Position numbers and translations under genes: made by a program. DNA of 64,000 bases, from assembly GCA_964460535.1 (NCBI GenBank), contig CAYWQI010000001.1, forward strand, positions 26,856-90,855, given 5' to 3'. This DNA comes from Candidatus Woesearchaeota archaeon (GTDB lineage Archaea > Nanobdellota > Nanobdellia > Pacearchaeales > GW2011-AR1). The notes under the pieces are model-generated. The model was not told where the DNA came from, searched no databases, and was given only the letters and a program-made list of their open reading frames with translations. Positions 29,139 through 38,109 of this stretch are shown here, piece after piece (position 1 is the first letter of the stretch; the number at the start of each line of letters is the position of its first letter).

Positions 29139-29743
29139 TCAAATTCTAGTAGGCCTAGAATGCATCTCTCTTGAATCTTTGGGCTGATAATCGATCCAGT
29201 CTTGAATAACTTTTTTTCTATGTTCAACCTCTTGTCTTGCTTGTTCTGAAGTTCTCCAGGATTCAGAGACATAGTTGATAATAAACCCTATTGAATCTCC
29301 CATAAAGTGCCCCAGAGAACCTCTCCACACTGGCCTTCCACCCGCCAGATAAATTAAATCTTCATCATATTTTTTTGTTCTATTCCCATCCTCTACAAAT
29401 CAATAACTCCTTCTTTAGTCAAAGCAGCAAAGCGAATTCCAACAGGAAGATTAATCAAAGCAGAAATCAAAGACATGTGTTGTTTTCCATCTCCAGAAGC
29501 TATTGTTAAAGCAACTTCTGTTCCTTGAAACTTGCCTTTTAATTTTTGTGAAAATTCTTCTTTTAAATCTTTTATTTTTTTATTTAAATCAACTTTAATA
29601 AATTCAAATTGTTTTTCATGGGAAAATTGTTTTGCAAAATCATCTCCAAGAATAAATATTTTATCCCATTCTCCATATTTCATTAATCCAGAGATTTGCC
29701 CCCAGGTTCCTTTTCCACTTGATAATAATGCTACTAATTCCAT
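29139..29743 (-). CDS. hypothetical protein, either split by a frameshift or two overlapping small ORFs
   Basis: The 116-aa ORF 29393..29743 ends at TAG 29393-29395. The downstream frame is open from 29399 and reads ...FVEDGNRTKKYDEDLIYLAGGRPVWRGSLGHFMG..., with a GTG start only at 29330. Confidence 0.3.
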
Positions 29744-29793
29744 ATAAAAATTAAATCTTAGGGCTTTAAAAGAATTTATATTCTAGAATATAA

Positions 29794-30714
29794 CTATTTT
29801 CTAAACAAAATATCCTCTATTTCATCATCTGTTAAGTCTTCTTTATTTTTCTTAATTTCCTCAGGCCTTTTCCAGATTCTTTCTCCAGACTTTTCTAAAC
29901 TTTTTTTAATTTCTGATTTTAATTTTTCTTTGTCTTCTTCTGAATAATTCTCTTTTACTCTATTTTTCATTGTTTCTTGAATTTTTTCTCTTAATTCATC
30001 CTCATTTATTTTTTCTTGTTCAGGAGTTTTATCTAAATTAAATTTTCTTTTAAATCTTTGAATTAATTCGCTTTTTTGAGAAGTTTTTTCTGGTTCTTGA
30101 ATTTTATTGTTTTCATGAACTTTTTTCACATCTCCAATAGTAAGATTGTTTTTATTTGAATTTTCCTCTTCTTTTTTTCTTAAGGAATTATTTTCAAAAT
30201 ACTGATTTTCTTGTTTTTTAAATAAAGAAATTCTAAGGAATTGTTCTAATTTTCTTAAAAATTCTTTTTCATTTGAAGGAAGATGCCCTCTTTCAGCTTT
30301 TTTAATAGTTTCAGGATTTTCATTTATTTTTCTTCCAAGTTCAATTAGAGTTAATTTATTTCTCCTTCTTGCATTCATAATTTTCCAATGAAAATTTTCA
30401 ATTAAATCTTCTCTCTTTTTTGGAAATTTAGAATAATCTTTTCCTATTTTATCCTCAATAATATCCCTGTAACTTCTTCCTTCTTTTGCAACACTTCCTT
30501 TAAAAAATCTTTTTCCACTTGCTCTTTGCATTTTTTCTTTAACAGTTTCTTGTTTTTTTGATTCTTCAATTTGATTAGAAGTAGGTTTTCTAATTATTGG
30601 AAGATTTTCATCACTTAAACATCTACTACACAGAGGTTTTATTCCTTCTGAAGTTATTGCATCATGCATATTAGCAAGTTCTTCAGAAATTCCACATTTA
30701 AAGCATTCTTTCAT
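29794..30714 (-). CDS. MBF1-like transcription factor with a long K/E-rich C-terminal extension
   Basis: N-terminal zinc ribbon CFKCG...CSRC, then an XRE-type HTH (LTLIELGRKINENPETIKKAERGHLPSNEKEFLRKLEQFLRISL), as in archaeal MBF1. It is about 150 aa longer than usual. Confidence 0.55.
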   Translation of the reverse strand: MKECFKCGISEELANMHDAITSEGIKPLCSRCLSDENLPIIRKPTSNQIEESKKQETVKEKMQRASGKRFFKGSVAKEGRSYRDIIEDKIGKDYSKFPKKREDLIENFHWKIMNARRRNKLTLIELGRKINENPETIKKAERGHLPSNEKEFLRKLEQFLRISLFKKQENQYFENNSLRKKEEENSNKNNLTIGDVKKVHENNKIQEPEKTSQKSELIQRFKRKFNLDKTPEQEKINEDELREKIQETMKNRVKENYSEEDKEKLKSEIKKSLEKSGERIWKRPEEIKKNKEDLTDDEIEDILFRK

Positions 30715-30775
30715 GCAATATCTAGTTATTCAGAGTTTTTTAATATTATTGTGGTAAAATATATAGAATTAATTG

Positions 30776-31159
30776 TCATTTAAATGTCCATAACAAAGAG
30801 CCAAGGAAACTTAAGGGAATTCCAGCAATAATTCCAGAGATAGCAGCAATATTCGCATAAAAAGTTCCATCCCCTAAAAGAGAATTAACTAATAAACTTA
30901 CACAGAAATTAACTAAAAAGACAAAAGAGTAAACAAGAAGATATCTTGGAATTTGATAATAAAATCTTTTATTTCTTGCATTAAATATAAAATTCCTATT
31001 TATTATAAAAACAAAACTTATAGAAAACAAAATTGCAAGTAATTTAGATATCTGAAAGATTATTCCAAATGAATAAAATATATTAAATATCAGTAGTTCT
31101 AGAAGTGCTCCAGTTCCACCAACCATACAAAACCCAATAAATTTTTTTAAGATATTCAT
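30776..31159 (-). CDS. GtrA-family membrane protein
   Basis: 127 aa with four TM helices. Sits in a glycosyltransferase neighbourhood. Confidence 0.5.
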   Translation of the reverse strand: MNILKKFIGFCMVGGTGALLELLIFNIFYSFGIIFQISKLLAILFSISFVFIINRNFIFNARNKRFYYQIPRYLLVYSFVFLVNFCVSLLVNSLLGDGTFYANIAAISGIIAGIPLSFLGSLLWTFK

Positions 31160-31228
31160 AAAGATGATAATAAAAAAAGATTAATAAAATTAACTAAAAC
31201 TTATAAATACAAATAAATTATAAGTTTT

Positions 31229-31920
31229 ATGAAGCTTTCAATAATTGTTCCAATTTATAATGAAGAAGATACTCTAAGAAAAATTTTCAATAAAATACAA
31301 GAAGCTAAATTACCTATAGAAAAAGAGATAATACTTGTAGATGATTTTTCAACAGATAAAACCAGGAAAATTTTAGAATTCATTAAGTTCCAAAACGTAA
31401 GAAGAGTTTATCATTCTGAAAATAAAGGAAAAGGAGAAAGCATAAGAACAGGAATAAGGAAATCAACAGGAGACATAATCTTAATTCAAGATGCAGATTT
31501 GGAATATTCTCCAAAAGATTATACAAGACTAATTTATCCAATTTTAAATAAAAAAACTAAAGTAGTCTATGGTTCTAGATTTTTAAAAAAATATTATCAT
31601 AGAAAAACACCTTTTTTTATGCAAATAAATGCCTTTCTCTTTTAACTTCTATTCTATATTTTAAAAGAATAACAGATATGGAAACATGTTACAAGGTCTT
31701 TGACAAGGAATTAAAATCACTTGTTCTCAAAACCAAATCAAAGGGCTTTGATATAGAACCAGAGATAACTGCAAAAATTTTAAGAAAAAAATATAAAATA
31801 AAGGAGATACCTATTTCTTATTTTCCAAGAAAAGCAAGTCAAGGAAAAAAAATAAGATTTTATGATGGGTTTAAGGCAGTCATAACTCTTTTAAGATTCA
31901 GATTTAAATCTCTGGATTAA
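31229..31920 (+). pseudogene. family-2 glycosyltransferase (DPM1-like), interrupted by a frameshift in a T7 run
   Basis: IIVPIYNEEDTL...LVDDFSTDKT...IQDADLEYSP. The frame is lost at the T run 31612-31618. The -1 frame continues ...YANKCLSLLTSILYFKRITDMETCYKVF..., the typical GT2 downstream region. Confidence 0.55.
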
Positions 31921-33385
31921 GAAATCTACAGGTTTTGTAAGCAAGTTTTTTCAATTTCAAAAAATCAAATCTTTCAGAAATAAACTCACATTGATTTGAA
32001 ATACTCGGAGAACCATATCCTCTCCATCTTGGACAATTTTCTTTTGTTAAGTTTTCTGGAATTATTATTGTATATTCTTCTTCTGAAATAATCCTTGAAT
32101 AATTATCGATATTTCTTTGATTGTATTTATCATCAATAGTTTTAAAACTAGTAAATATGGCAACAATTTTATTTTGGGAAATTGCCTTTTCAATATCATA
32201 GGGTAGAAAAAAAGCAGTTTCAACATAATAATTTATTAAAACCCAATGAGGACTAAGAACAATACACCCATCTAAATCTAAATTTTCTATTTCTTGTGAA
32301 ACAGTTTTAAAGGCCTCTGAAGTTTTATTTTGGTAGGCATTTATTGTAAGGAAAATTATAAATAAAGAAAATAAAACAAGAATTAATAAGAATACTATCT
32401 TTCTACAGATTTTTTTGCATTTTATTTTATTCCATATTAAGATGAATCCAAGTGATGAAAAAAATGCCACAGGCAAGGTTATATTGAACAAATATCTAAA
32501 TATCTTAAAGGGGGTTTGATACCAATCTAAGAGAATCATTAGGAAAATAAGTATAAAAACCAGAGGAATTTTGATAGATTTAGTTTTTTCTTTTTTACAC
32601 AGATAAATAAAATATCCCAAACCAATAATAAAAAAAGGAATTAACCAATTTATAGATATCAACATACCTGAAATATCAAATGCTTGAAACAAATTCTGTC
32701 TTGAAACAACATTTAAATTATATGAATCAACTATGCTTGCAAAACCATTTCCATATTTAAAAAAATAAAATAAATAAAATGGAAAAAGAGTAATTAAAAA
32801 AATGGAAATATCAATAAAAATTTTTTTCCAACTCTTGTTAAAAAATAAAAAAATAAAAAACATTAAAAAATTATATCTTGTTAAAAATGCAAGACCTAAA
32901 AAATGTCCAGAGTATTTGTTTTGCAAAAAAAAGCATAAAAAAAGCATAAAAAAACTTAATCCTAAAAGTTCAGTTCCAAGAAGAGTAGCATATTGCAATA
33001 CAAAAGGAGATAAAAGAAAAAAGTAAAAAATTAATCTAAATAATTCTTTATCTATTTTAAATCTGTAAAAATATTTTAAATAAAGAGTATCTGAAAGTTT
33101 TATAGAAGAAAAAAAGAAGAGGCTTGTCACAAGAACAATAAAAGTGTATTCCATTAATTTTCCAAGAGGTAGTAATAAGAATAAAATAAAACTTACAAGA
33201 GGAGCACGATAGATTTCAAAGGCACCATTTTGAGAAAATAAGTTTTGTGCATTTAAGACATAGGCCATAAAATCCCAATTTAGATTAAGAGAGTGCTGAA
33301 TAAGAAAAAAGATTAAAGAAATAAGAAACAAATAAATCAATAATTTATTTTTAGAAATAAAATTCTTAATACCCTCTAATTTCAT
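31904..33385 (-). CDS. polytopic membrane protein, possibly a GT-C-type glycosyltransferase
   Basis: About 12 TM helices, Phe/Leu-rich. Sits among GT2 and GtrA genes. Confidence 0.3.
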   Translation of the reverse strand: MKLEGIKNFISKNKLLIYLFLISLIFFLIQHSLNLNWDFMAYVLNAQNLFSQNGAFEIYRAPLVSFILFLLLPLGKLMEYTFIVLVTSLFFFSSIKLSDTLYLKYFYRFKIDKELFRLIFYFFLLSPFVLQYATLLGTELLGLSFFMLFLCFFLQNKYSGHFLGLAFLTRYNFLMFFIFLFFNKSWKKIFIDISIFLITLFPFYLFYFFKYGNGFASIVDSYNLNVVSRQNLFQAFDISGMLISINWLIPFFIIGLGYFIYLCKKEKTKSIKIPLVFILIFLMILLDWYQTPFKIFRYLFNITLPVAFFSSLGFILIWNKIKCKKICRKIVFLLILVLFSLFIIFLTINAYQNKTSEAFKTVSQEIENLDLDGCIVLSPHWVLINYYVETAFFLPYDIEKAISQNKIVAIFTSFKTIDDKYNQRNIDNYSRIISEEEYTIIIPENLTKENCPRWRGYGSPSISNQCEFISERFDFLKLKKLAYKTCRFLNPEI

Positions 33386-33386
33386 T

Positions 33387-34040
33387 TTAATTTTTGATAT
33401 GTTCTTTTATATCATTTACATTTTTAAATTTATTAATGATTGCTTTTTCATTTATTACAAGCATGTTTGGTTGATTAATATTATATTTTTGTTTTAAAAT
33501 ATCTATAACATTTGAATCTAGATTATAATCAAAAGAGTAAACCATTACTTCTTCTTGATTCTTTAGGGAACTAAGCATTATACCTATTTCTTCTGCCCTT
33601 TCCTTTAAATTTTTCTCATTTGAATAAAAGAAAAGAATTGTGGGTATTTCATTTGGACAATTTTCATTATTTTCTTTAATGTACAAAAAATGCCTGGTTT
33701 CTAAAAGAGAGTATATCTTCTTTTGTTGTAAGATATCTGGATTATTTTCTCCAAGTCTTTGTTCAAGTATACCAATAATTCTTCCAAGATTATCCATTTT
33801 TTCACTAAATAAATAAGGATTAAAGTTTTCACAATCATCTCCTAATAGATTTTTCTGAATTTCAAAACTTAGTAATTCATATCTTAAATCTTCCTGTGAT
33901 TGAATTAATTTTTGAGAGTTGTAATAAGAGAGAATATAACCTAAAAAAAAGATTCCTATAAAGATAATAGTTCCCAATATAACTGCTATAATGAAATTCC
34001 TTAAATAACGAGTATTTTTTTCCATTTTTATTTTAATCAA
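33387..34040 (-). CDS. hypothetical membrane-anchored protein
   Basis: One N-terminal TM helix. ORF only. Confidence 0.3.
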   Translation of the reverse strand: MIKIKMEKNTRYLRNFIIAVILGTIIFIGIFFLGYILSYYNSQKLIQSQEDLRYELLSFEIQKNLLGDDCENFNPYLFSEKMDNLGRIIGILEQRLGENNPDILQQKKIYSLLETRHFLYIKENNENCPNEIPTILFFYSNEKNLKERAEEIGIMLSSLKNQEEVMVYSFDYNLDSNVIDILKQKYNINQPNMLVINEKAIINKFKNVNDIKEHIKN

Positions 34041-34060
34041 TCACTCTTTTTATATTTTTC

Positions 34061-35308
34061 CTATCTCCAAGATACTTTTTTAGTTAAAAAATGATATATA
34101 AAAGAAATTACCCACCAAAATGCAAACAAAAAAGAGTATAAGGCTAAAAAAAGTGGAAGACTAAGTCTTATGTTACTATGCTCTTTGACCTTCCTTTTTG
34201 CAAAAATCATATAACCCCAAGTCATTAATATAAATAATATAAAAAAAAGCATAATTGGATCTGTAAAAAAATTAATAATAAAAGATTCTATAGCATATTT
34301 ACTAAACTCAATAGTGCTGAATATATTAAAATTAACACTCTGTAGAAAATTAAATTGTTTTTTTGTATCAATTATTGAGCGAATTGCAATAATCAGGGTT
34401 AATATAACTGTAACCATTATTGCAAAGATTGCCGAAGGAAGCACTACTAACCCTAACGATTTATGTTCTTTTGTAAATAATCTTTTATATTTTAAAAAAT
34501 TTCTAATTAGTCCAATATACCACCTTTTTCTTTGAATCAAAAGTTGTTTAAACTTTCTTGGAGGTTTTGTATAAACAATTGATTCAAGACTATTTTCAAC
34601 AATCAAATGATGGGCATGTATCCTTAGTGCCATTTCCATGTCTTCAGTTAAATTATCTGTATCAAATCCTCCATGCTCTTCAAAAAAAGATTTTCTATAT
34701 GCAGAAAAAGCTCCAGGAGTTATATGGACTGCATTAACACTTGCAAAAGCCTCTCTTAAATATACTCCAAGAAGGTATTCTATTTGTTGAATTCTTTCTA
34801 AAATATTCTTTGGATTATAGATTGCAACAATCGGAGATACACACATTACATCCGGATTTCTAAAATAAACTACCTGGTTTTTTAATGCATTGGGTTTAAC
34901 TATTGAATCTGCATCCATTGTAACAACAATTTCTCCCTGAGATTTTGAAATTCCATAATTCAATGCACTTCCTTTTCCACCATTTTTTTTAGAAAAGACT
35001 TTTACTTTTTCACTAGAATATTTTTTTGCTATTTCCAGAGTTTTATCCTTACTTCCATCATCTACAACAATTATCTCTAATTTATCTTCTGGATAATCAA
35101 TTCCTAAAGCAGATTCAATTGTTCTTGCAATACCCTTTTGTTCATTATATGCAGGAATAATAATTGATACAAAAGGAGATTCTTTTTCTCTAAAAACAAG
35201 GTCTGTTTTTTTCTTTATATTTTTTCTTCCAAAAATATTAAGAGTGTAAAATATAAAAATAATAATTCCAATATAAGAAGAGAGATAGATTAAAAAATTG
35301 CTAATCAT
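34061..35308 (-). CDS. membrane-bound family-2 glycosyltransferase (processive, QxxRW type)
   Basis: IIIPAYNE, VVDDGSKDKT, TMDADS and QRKRW, flanked by TM helices. Confidence 0.7.
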   Translation of the reverse strand: MISNFLIYLSSYIGIIIFIFYTLNIFGRKNIKKKTDLVFREKESPFVSIIIPAYNEQKGIARTIESALGIDYPEDKLEIIVVDDGSKDKTLEIAKKYSSEKVKVFSKKNGGKGSALNYGISKSQGEIVVTMDADSIVKPNALKNQVVYFRNPDVMCVSPIVAIYNPKNILERIQQIEYLLGVYLREAFASVNAVHITPGAFSAYRKSFFEEHGGFDTDNLTEDMEMALRIHAHHLIVENSLESIVYTKPPRKFKQLLIQRKRWYIGLIRNFLKYKRLFTKEHKSLGLVVLPSAIFAIMVTVILTLIIAIRSIIDTKKQFNFLQSVNFNIFSTIEFSKYAIESFIINFFTDPIMLFFILFILMTWGYMIFAKRKVKEHSNIRLSLPLFLALYSFLFAFWWVISFIYHFLTKKVSWR

Positions 35309-35316
35309 TTTAATTT

Positions 35317-36090
35317 CTATAAATTGGTTTCAGTACCTTTTTTTTCATTTTTTATTTCTTTCTTTTCAACTTCTTCCTTCTTCCCACTATTTTTATCTTC
35401 CAAGTTTTCTTTTTTATTTCTTATTATTGTTCCTTCATTTTCAGCTTCTTCCTTTTCTCCACTTTTTTCATCTTTTATTTCTCTTTTATTTTCAGTTTCT
35501 TTTCCTATGTTTTCTTTTGTTTCTATATTTTCTTTTTCTTCCCAAGTTTCTTGTTCTTTCTTTTTGTCTTTTTCTTGAACAGAAAAATAATCATAAAAAT
35601 CTTCACTTAAACTTAATTCATTTGTATGTCCTGATTTCTTTTTATTTATTAATCCAAGGTCATAGAATTTTTTAATATGGTCATAAGATTTATTTCCACG
35701 AATTTTTACAATAACAGATTGTTTTATAGGCTGTTTATAAGCAATTATTGCAAGTGTTTCTTGTTCTGCTTTTGTAAATTCAGCACTTCCTGTAGCAAGT
35801 TTATTAACAATATCAGAATATTCTTGTGAAACATCCATTTTCCATAATCCATTTTTTTCAACAATCTCTATTGCACTATTATTATTTTCATATTTCTCTT
35901 TTAGTTTTGCAATTAATTCTCTAATAATAATAGGATTTAAATCACTTAAACTAACAAGTTCAGACATATTAAGGAATTTTCCAGATATAAAAAAAACTGC
36001 TTCAAGTCTTTTCAAGTCCTCAATTTCTTTAGCTTCATCTATTTCATCTATTGTTTTTGAAGAAACTCTAGTGTTTGGTCCTTTTTCCAT
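35317..36090 (-). CDS. scpB: ScpB-like segregation and condensation protein with K/E-rich tail
   Basis: Tandem winged-helix pattern LEAVFFISGKFLNMSEL...ETLAIIAYKQPIKQSVIVKIRG. Confidence 0.55.
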   Translation of the reverse strand: MEKGPNTRVSSKTIDEIDEAKEIEDLKRLEAVFFISGKFLNMSELVSLSDLNPIIIRELIAKLKEKYENNNSAIEIVEKNGLWKMDVSQEYSDIVNKLATGSAEFTKAEQETLAIIAYKQPIKQSVIVKIRGNKSYDHIKKFYDLGLINKKKSGHTNELSLSEDFYDYFSVQEKDKKKEQETWEEKENIETKENIGKETENKREIKDEKSGEKEEAENEGTIIRNKKENLEDKNSGKKEEVEKKEIKNEKKGTETNL

Positions 36091-36177
36091 GATTTATTAA
36101 GAATCTTAGGATTTATAAAAGTTTTATTATTGTATTCACATCAAAAAGTTAATAAACTCTTTCCTAATTCTTCTACC

Positions 36178-36405
36178 ATGAAAAAATTAAAAATTTTATG
36201 CCTTTTCCAAAAGGAAGAGTTTTTTGTAAAATGAAAAAATTAAAAATTTTATGCCTTTTCCAAATTAAAAACAACAGGAAAAATTTGTAAAATGAAAAAA
36301 TTAAAAATTTTATGCCTTTTCCAAAAGGAAGAGTTTTTTGTAAAATGAAAAAATTAAAAATTTTATGCCTTTTCCAAATTAAACACAACAGGAAAAATTT
36401 GTAAA
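36178..36405 (+). repeat. tandem repeat, 2 x 114 bp (subunits of 53 and 61 bp), copying the 5' end of the downstream gene
   Basis: ATGAAAAAATTAAAAATTTTATGCCTTTTCCAAA... begins at 36178, 36231, 36292 and 36345. The real acyP start ATGAAAAAATCAGTAAG is at 36406. Confidence 0.8.
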
Positions 36406-36681
36406 ATGAAAAAATCAGTAAGACTATACATTTCAGGAGCAGTTCAAGGAGTATTTTTTAGAGCATTTATAAGAGAAAATGCAGAGAAATTAGATGTTAA
36501 AGGCTTTACCAGAAACCTTGAAGATGGACGCGTAGAGGTTTTTTTAGAAGGAGATTCTTCAAAGGTAAATCAAATGATAGATATCTGTAAGCAAGGACCT
36601 AAACATTCAATTGTAAAAAAAGTAGATCTTAAACCAGAAAAATTTCAGTCTATTAAAGGATTTAAAATTTTACACATATAA
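36406..36681 (+). CDS. acyP: acylphosphatase
   Basis: VQGVFFRAF...GFTRNLEDGRVEV matches the acylphosphatase signatures. Confidence 0.8.
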   Translation: MKKSVRLYISGAVQGVFFRAFIRENAEKLDVKGFTRNLEDGRVEVFLEGDSSKVNQMIDICKQGPKHSIVKKVDLKPEKFQSIKGFKILHI

Positions 36682-36714
36682 TTAATTTATTAAACAATAT
36701 TAAAAGAGGAATAA

Positions 36715-37161
36715 ATGATATATACAAATAGTGATGGAGGAGCAAGAGGCAATCCAGGCCCAGGAGCAATTGGAGTAATAATCAGGGATAATAAAACCAT
36801 TTTAACAAGATATAGCCAGATGATTGGACAAAGAGTAACTAATAATGTTGCAGAATACGAAGCCTTGATAAAAGCACTTGAATTAGCTAAAAATATAACT
36901 TCTGATGAATTAACTTGTATTCTGGATTCAGAACTTGTTGTTAAGCAACTACTTGGAGAATATAAAGTAAAACATCCAAATCTTTTAGAACTTTTTTTAA
37001 AAGTACAAAAATTACAAGAAAATTTTAAAAAAATAACTTATAAACATGCAAGAAGAGAAGAAGAATTTCAACAAAGAGCTGATGAACTTGTTAATCAAGA
37101 ACTTGAAAAATACGGATATCCCAAAAGTGAATACTTTAGAAAAAAGAGATTCAATAAATAA
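36715..37161 (+). CDS. rnhA: ribonuclease HI (type 1 RNase H)
   Basis: DGGARGNPGPGAIGVII...NNVAEYEALIKALELA...DSELVVKQL shows the RNase H1 catalytic pattern. Confidence 0.7.
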   Translation: MIYTNSDGGARGNPGPGAIGVIIRDNKTILTRYSQMIGQRVTNNVAEYEALIKALELAKNITSDELTCILDSELVVKQLLGEYKVKHPNLLELFLKVQKLQENFKKITYKHARREEEFQQRADELVNQELEKYGYPKSEYFRKKRFNK

Positions 37162-37166
37162 AATTT

Positions 37167-37778
37167 TTATTTATGTTTTTTATTTAAAATTTTCTTTAGT
37201 TTTTGAATATGCTTTTTAAGAAATAATCTTATTAAATAAATTAAAATAAAAACAAGGATTAATAATAAAAGAGTTAAATTCAGGTTTTGATATGCTTTTG
37301 TGAATATTGCTAAACCTCTTCCAATTCCCCATCCAAATACAACAAAAAGAAACATAAGAAGAAGATTAACTAAAACATTGCTAATAAAGAATTTTCTTAT
37401 ATCTCTTGAAGTTCTTCCAAGATGCATCATTGTTGGAATAGCTAATCCATAAAACAATTTAGCTAAAAGCATTGAATTAAAGAAATTTTTTGAAGTAATT
37501 TTCTCTAACATGTTTTGAGATTTTATGTATGTTTTACCTATATAAGGAATATTTTTTAAAAATTTCAAAGGTTCTTTTCTTCCAAGATAAAACCAGGTAT
37601 TATCAGCAATTATAAAACCACAAAATCCAAATATAAAAACAAGAGATAATTTAAAAAAACTATCTGAAGCAATCATTGAAAAAATTATAATTGCCTCTCC
37701 TCCAGCAAGAAAACCTCCTAAAAAAGAGATTATTATAATATATTCTACAAAAAACACACTAAGAGTTTCTAATAGCAT
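37167..37778 (-). CDS. DedA/SNARE-associated-like membrane protein
   Basis: Five TM helices. Weak resemblance only. Confidence 0.3.
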   Translation of the reverse strand: MLLETLSVFFVEYIIIISFLGGFLAGGEAIIIFSMIASDSFFKLSLVFIFGFCGFIIADNTWFYLGRKEPLKFLKNIPYIGKTYIKSQNMLEKITSKNFFNSMLLAKLFYGLAIPTMMHLGRTSRDIRKFFISNVLVNLLLMFLFVVFGWGIGRGLAIFTKAYQNLNLTLLLLILVFILIYLIRLFLKKHIQKLKKILNKKHK

Positions 37779-37822
37779 TCTTTATTTATTATTCCAGAGT
37801 TTATAAGTATTAGTATTTTTAG

Positions 37823-38054
37823 TATCTGGCAATATTAAATACAAAAATAAAACTAAATATCTTCCATGAAAAAAATTAATTCTAAAAATTTTCAGAGCTT
37901 AAATATAGCAAGGTATAGAAATATCCTCTAATAAGGGATTTAAAGGCACAATTATACAAAAGAACTTCAGAAGATATTAATTAAAATTTCTTATTATTTA
38001 CTACTTCTGTGAAACAGGAAATTATTGAACAAAACTCCAAGTGTTACCAGATAC
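37823..38054 (-). mobile_element. MITE-like dispersed repeat, copy 4 (inverted orientation)
   Basis: 38041-38054 gtgttaccagatac is the reverse complement of the left TIR. 37823-37836 gtatctggcaatat is the reverse complement of the right TIR. The interior is the reverse complement of copy 1. Confidence 0.65.
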
Positions 38055-38109
38055 TATTTTTATAATCTCTTTCATAAAATTTTATAAACTCTCTTTTTCT
38101 CAATACAAT

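Noticed and set aside
36173-36388. 71-aa ORF on the minus strand with an internally repeated sequence
   Set aside because: Its repetition simply mirrors the 114-bp tandem DNA repeat upstream of acyP and is not coding.
38041-38109. ORF-track start of lysS at 38041
   Set aside because: Its first codons lie inside the MITE terminal inverted repeat. MSQKEN at 38110 is the plausible start.
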